From positions 3,120,001 through 3,152,000 of the forward strand of contig NC_000962.3 of NCBI RefSeq assembly GCF_000195955.2: DNA of 32,000 nt, in the 5' to 3' direction. The stretch comes from Mycobacterium tuberculosis H37Rv (GTDB lineage: Bacteria > Actinomycetota > Actinomycetes > Mycobacteriales > Mycobacteriaceae). Below, in pieces: positions 28,385-32,000 of the stretch. The notes under the pieces were generated by a model that made no database searches, was not told the origin of the DNA, and was given only the letters and a program-made list of their open reading frames with translations. The position numbers were made by a program, and so were the translations under genes. How positions within the stretch are numbered: the first letter of the stretch is position 1; each line of letters opens with the position of its first letter.

Positions 28385-29428
28385 CTAGCGGTCGTGCGCC
28401 ATACCGCGGCTGACTCCGGGTTCGGGCTGACCGGGCGGGGGCGGCGGCGCATCGCCGCGAATATCGATACGCCACCCGGTGAGCCGGGCAGCCAGCCGGG
28501 CGTTCTGCCCTTCCTTTCCGATTGCCAGCGACAATTGGAAATCGGGCACCACCACGCGGGCGGCCCGGGCGGTCTGGTCGATCACCGACACCGACACCAC
28601 CTTGGCCGGCGACAACGCGTTGGCGACAAAACGCGCCGGATCGTCGTCATAGTCGATGATGTCGATCTTCTCCCCGGACAGCTCGCTCATCACGTTGCGG
28701 ACCCGTTGCCCCATCGGACCGATGCAAGCACCCTTGGCGTTCAAGCCGGCAACGTTGGACCGCACAGCGATCTTGGAGCGGTGGCCGGCCTCCCGGGCCA
28801 CCGCGACGATCTCCACCGATCCGTCGGCGATCTCGGGGACTTCCAGCGAGAACAGCTTGCGCACCAGATTGGGGTGCGTGCGCGACAGCGTAATCAGCGG
28901 CTCGCGGGCACCTCGGGTTACACCAACTACGTAGCAGCGCAGCCGGTTGCCATGTTCATAGCTCTCCCCCGGTACCTGCTCAGCGGCCGGGATCACACCC
29001 TCGGAAGCCTTGGTCTCGGTGCCAATCCGGACGACGACCAGACCGCGGGCGTTGGCCCGGCTATCGCGCTGGATCACTCCCGCAACGATCTCGCCCTCGC
29101 GGGTGGAGAACTCGCCGTAGGTGCGCTCGTTCTCGGCGTCGCGGAATCGCTGCAACATCACTTGGCGTGCCGTCGTGGCGGCGATCCGGCCGAAGCCCTC
29201 TGGAGTGTCGTCCCACTCGCTGATGAGATTGCCAGCCTCATCGGTCTCACGGGCGATCACCCGAACGACACCGGTTTTCCGGTCGATCTCGATGCGCGCA
29301 TCGGTCTGGTGACCTTGGGTGTGCCGGTAGGCAGTCAACAGCGCGGACTTGATCGTTTCGAGCAGTTCATTGACCGAGATACCCCGGTCCACCTCGATGG
29401 CATGCAGAGCAGCCATGTCGATGTTCAT
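28385..29428 (-). CDS. nusA: Transcription termination/antitermination protein NusA
   Basis: 347 aa with S1 and KH domains: [43 protein letters not shown]. Confidence 0.96.
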
Positions 29429-29976
29429 GCTCCGGCCTCCGTCCCGCGGGCCAGCCCCATCTCGGAAGACTGGGCCAGTTCCAACTCCGCCGGAGCCGGT
29501 GGCGAAAACTCAACCTGGACAACAGCTTTCACAATCTCAGCAAGCGGGATCTCACGGACTGCCCAGCCCCGGTCTTCCCGGATCACCAACGCCACCGTGC
29601 CAGCACGCATCTCGCCGACCCGGCCGGTCAGTCGCGATCCGTCTGACAACACCAGCTCAACCTTGCGGCCTCGAGCACGGCGGAAGTGCTTTTCGCTGGT
29701 CAGCGGGCGTTCCACACCGGGAGAGCTGACCTCGAGCAGGTAGCGGCCCCGGATCTTGTTCGCACCGTCCAGGCCGTCCAGCAAAGCCGATGCCCTGCGC
29801 GACAATGCGGCTATCGTATCCAGGTCGAGAGGGGCGTCACCGTCGGCGATCACCGCTATCCGCGGCGGGCGGGCCCGCGCATCGATGACCACGTCTTCGA
29901 TCTCGTAGCCGGCGCACGCGAAATCTGCACCGAGTAGCTCGATCACCTGCCTCTGCGAAGGTAGCCCGGTGGTCAC
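29425..29976 (-). CDS. rimP: Ribosome maturation factor RimP
   Basis: 183 aa, [35 protein letters not shown]. Confidence 0.93.
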
Positions 29977-30170
29977 GGCGAGCTCCTCATCTTGAGTTGT
30001 CCGGTCATCTAGCGGAGGCGCCGCCAGGGCGGCTCCCAGTGTCCCGCCGGCACGCAGCAGCCGGCGTAGCTACCAACGATACGCCAGGAATCACGAATGA
30101 CGCCGTGATCACGCCGTTCAACGTCTCGCCTGCCTTCGTAGCGGCGTCTTTCTGATGGCAGGATGTTGCT

Positions 30171-30716
30171 GTGCTTAGAGCAGCACCAGTCATCAACCGG
30201 CTCACGAATCGACCCATCAGCAGGCGGGGTGTGCTGGCCGGTGGCGCCGCGCTGGCCGCACTGGGAGTGGTGTCCGCCTGCGGCGAGTCCGCGCCCAAGG
30301 CACCCGCGGTCGAAGAGCTGCGCTCGCCGTTGGACCAGGCCCGACACGACGGTGCGCTCGCAGCTGCCGCCGCCACAGCCATCGGGATCCCGCCGCAGGT
30401 TGCCGCCGCGCTGACCGTCGTCGCCACTCAGCGAACCTCGCATGCTCGAGCGCTGGCCACCGAGATCGCCCGGGCCGCGGGCAAGCTGGTATCCGCTACG
30501 AGCGAAACCAGCAGCTCCAGTCCCAGCCCAACCGATCCGGCGGCACCGCCACCAGCGGTGTCCGACGTGATCGATTCGCTGCGCACGTCAGCGGGGGAAG
30601 CCAGTCGACTAGTGGCGACGACATCGGGCTACCGAGCAGGGTTGCTCGCCTCCATTGCCGCGTCCTGCACCGCCTCCTATACGGTTGCGCTCGTGCCTTC
30701 AGGCCCGTCGATATGA
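30171..30716 (+). CDS. Tat-type/lipoprotein signal-bearing Ala-rich protein (Rv2843-like)
   Basis: 181 aa, ISRRGVLAGGAALAALGVVSACGESAPKA: twin Arg followed by lipobox VSAC. Confidence 0.8.
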   Translation: MLRAAPVINRLTNRPISRRGVLAGGAALAALGVVSACGESAPKAPAVEELRSPLDQARHDGALAAAAATAIGIPPQVAAALTVVATQRTSHARALATEIARAAGKLVSATSETSSSSPSPTDPAAPPPAVSDVIDSLRTSAGEASRLVATTSGYRAGLLASIAASCTASYTVALVPSGPSI

Positions 30717-31201
30717 CCTCGTCCGAACCCGCCCACGGTGCCACACCGAAGAGGTCCCCCTCCGAGGGGAGCGCCGACAACGCGGCGCTGTGCGATGCGC
30801 TTGCCGTCGAACACGCCACCATTTACGGCTACGGCATCGTCTCCGCGCTCTCGCCCCCTGGTGTCAACTTCTTGGTGGCGGACGCGTTGAAGCAGCACCG
30901 CCACCGCCGAGACGACGTGATCGTGATGCTGTCCGCGCGCGGAGTCACCGCCCCGATCGCTGCCGCCGGTTACCAGCTGCCCATGCAGGTCAGCAGCGCG
31001 GCCGACGCGGCACGACTAGCAGTGCGGATGGAGAACGACGGGGCAACGGCCTGGCGGGCGGTTGTCGAGCATGCCGAGACGGCCGATGACCGGGTGTTCG
31101 CTTCGACGGCTCTGACCGAGAGCGCGGTGATGGCCACCCGCTGGAACAGGGTGCTGGGCGCCTGGCCCATCACCGCGGCCTTTCCGGGCGGGGACGAATA
31201 G
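30713..31201 (+). CDS. Ferritin-like (DUF4439-type) protein (Rv2844-like)
   Basis: 162 aa, ALCDALAVEHATIYGYGIVSAL...HRHRRDDVIVML... ATGA overlap with the preceding gene. Confidence 0.75.
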   Translation: MTSSEPAHGATPKRSPSEGSADNAALCDALAVEHATIYGYGIVSALSPPGVNFLVADALKQHRHRRDDVIVMLSARGVTAPIAAAGYQLPMQVSSAADAARLAVRMENDGATAWRAVVEHAETADDRVFASTALTESAVMATRWNRVLGAWPITAAFPGGDE

Positions 31202-32000
31202 CTACCCGGTGACGGCCGCTGCGATATCGGTGGCCAGCGAGGCGCCGGCAACCAGCTCGCGAGTCTGACCGCTGAACCGGTCGCGCAGCTCGACCACGCC
31301 GTCCGCCCAGCCGCGCCCCACGACAACGATCCAGGGCATACCCAACAGCTCGGCATCTTTGAACTTGACGCCGGGCGATGCCTGGCGGTCGTCCAGCAAC
31401 ACCTCAACCCCCAGCCGATCCAGATCGGCGGCCAGCGCGGTCGCCCCGGCGCGAGCCTGCGCGTCCTTGTTCGCGATCACCAGGTGAACATCGAACGGCG
31501 CGACCGTCGACGGCCAGCGAAGGCCCAGCTCGTCGTGGTGCTGCTCGGCAACGACGGCAACCAACCGAGACACACCGATGCCGTAGGAACCCATGGTCAA
31601 CCGCACAGGCTTGCCATCCTCGCCGAGCACGTCGGCGGTGAAGGCGTCGGTGTATTTGCTCCCCAGCTGGAAGATGTGCCCAATTTCGATACCGCGCGCC
31701 ATGACCAGCGGACCGGCGCCGTCGGGAGATGGATCGCCTTCGCGCACCTCGGCGGCCTCAATGGTGCCGTCTGCGGTGAAGTCGCGGCCGGCCACCAAAC
31801 CGACAACATGGCGGCCGGGTTGGTCCGCCCCGGTGATCCAGCTGGTGCCGTCGACTATCCGCGGGTCGACGAGATAGCGGACATTGTTCTCCCGCAACGC
31901 CTTTGGCCCGATATAACCCTTAACCAGGAACGGGTGCTTGGCGAAATCATCGTCGTCGAGCAACGCGTAGTCAGCCGGTTCCAGCGCTGCGCCCAACCTT
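31202..32000 (-). CDS. proS: Prolyl-tRNA synthetase, C-terminal part (5' end outside window)
   Basis: [20 protein letters not shown]...[41 protein letters not shown]...[38 protein letters not shown]. Confidence 0.96.
   Translation of the reverse strand, partial: RLGAALEPADYALLDDDDFAKHPFLVKGYIGPKALRENNVRYLVDPRIVDGTSWITGADQPGRHVVGLVAGRDFTADGTIEAAEVREGDPSPDGAGPLVMARGIEIGHIFQLGSKYTDAFTADVLGEDGKPVRLTMGSYGIGVSRLVAVVAEQHHDELGLRWPSTVAPFDVHLVIANKDAQARAGATALAADLDRLGVEVLLDDRQASPGVKFKDAELLGMPWIVVVGRGWADGVVELRDRFSGQTRELVAGASLATDIAAAVTG

Noticed and set aside
28394-29743. 449-aa plus-strand ORF opposite nusA/rimP
   Set aside because: Antisense shadow of conserved genes.

Overview
This window looks like the Mycobacterium tuberculosis complex DR (direct repeat)/CRISPR region of a strain very close to H37Rv, based on gene order, gene content and the classical spoligotyping spacers. 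It is not an undescribed system overall. (1) Positions 1-3576: CRISPR array with the 36-bp repeat GTTTCCGTCCCCTCTCGGGGTTTTGGGTCTGACGAC. I count 31 repeat units and 30 spacers, and the array runs off the left edge. One repeat is split by a complete 1355-bp IS6110 (524-1878) with a GGG target duplication. (2) Positions 3625-12558: minus-strand type III-A operon cas6-cas10/csm1-csm2-csm3-csm4-csm5-csm6-cas1-cas2. (3) Positions 12892-17224: accessory/toxin-antitoxin block. It holds an AbiEii/AbiEi (MenT4/MenA4-like) pair flanked by two ~564-bp, ~98.6% identical direct copies of a DUF1802-like gene, then a DUF2277-like ORF and VapBC22. (4) Positions 17271-32000: echA16, ugpCBEA, dinF, an nrnA-like DHH phosphoesterase, rbfA, infB, a ylxR-like gene, nusA, rimP, two plus-strand genes (Tat/lipoprotein and ferritin-like), and the 3' part of proS. 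Best leads: two spacers on opposite sides of IS6110 share 14 nt and together rebuild a gap-free 21-codon reading frame; the duplication flanking MenAT4; a 24-bp inverted repeat next to the apparent menA4 promoter; a truncated repeat-spacer unit; a pentapeptide-repeat-like spacer; and an unexplained decayed coding trace upstream of cas6. All identifications come from sequence reading and recall; no searches were run.
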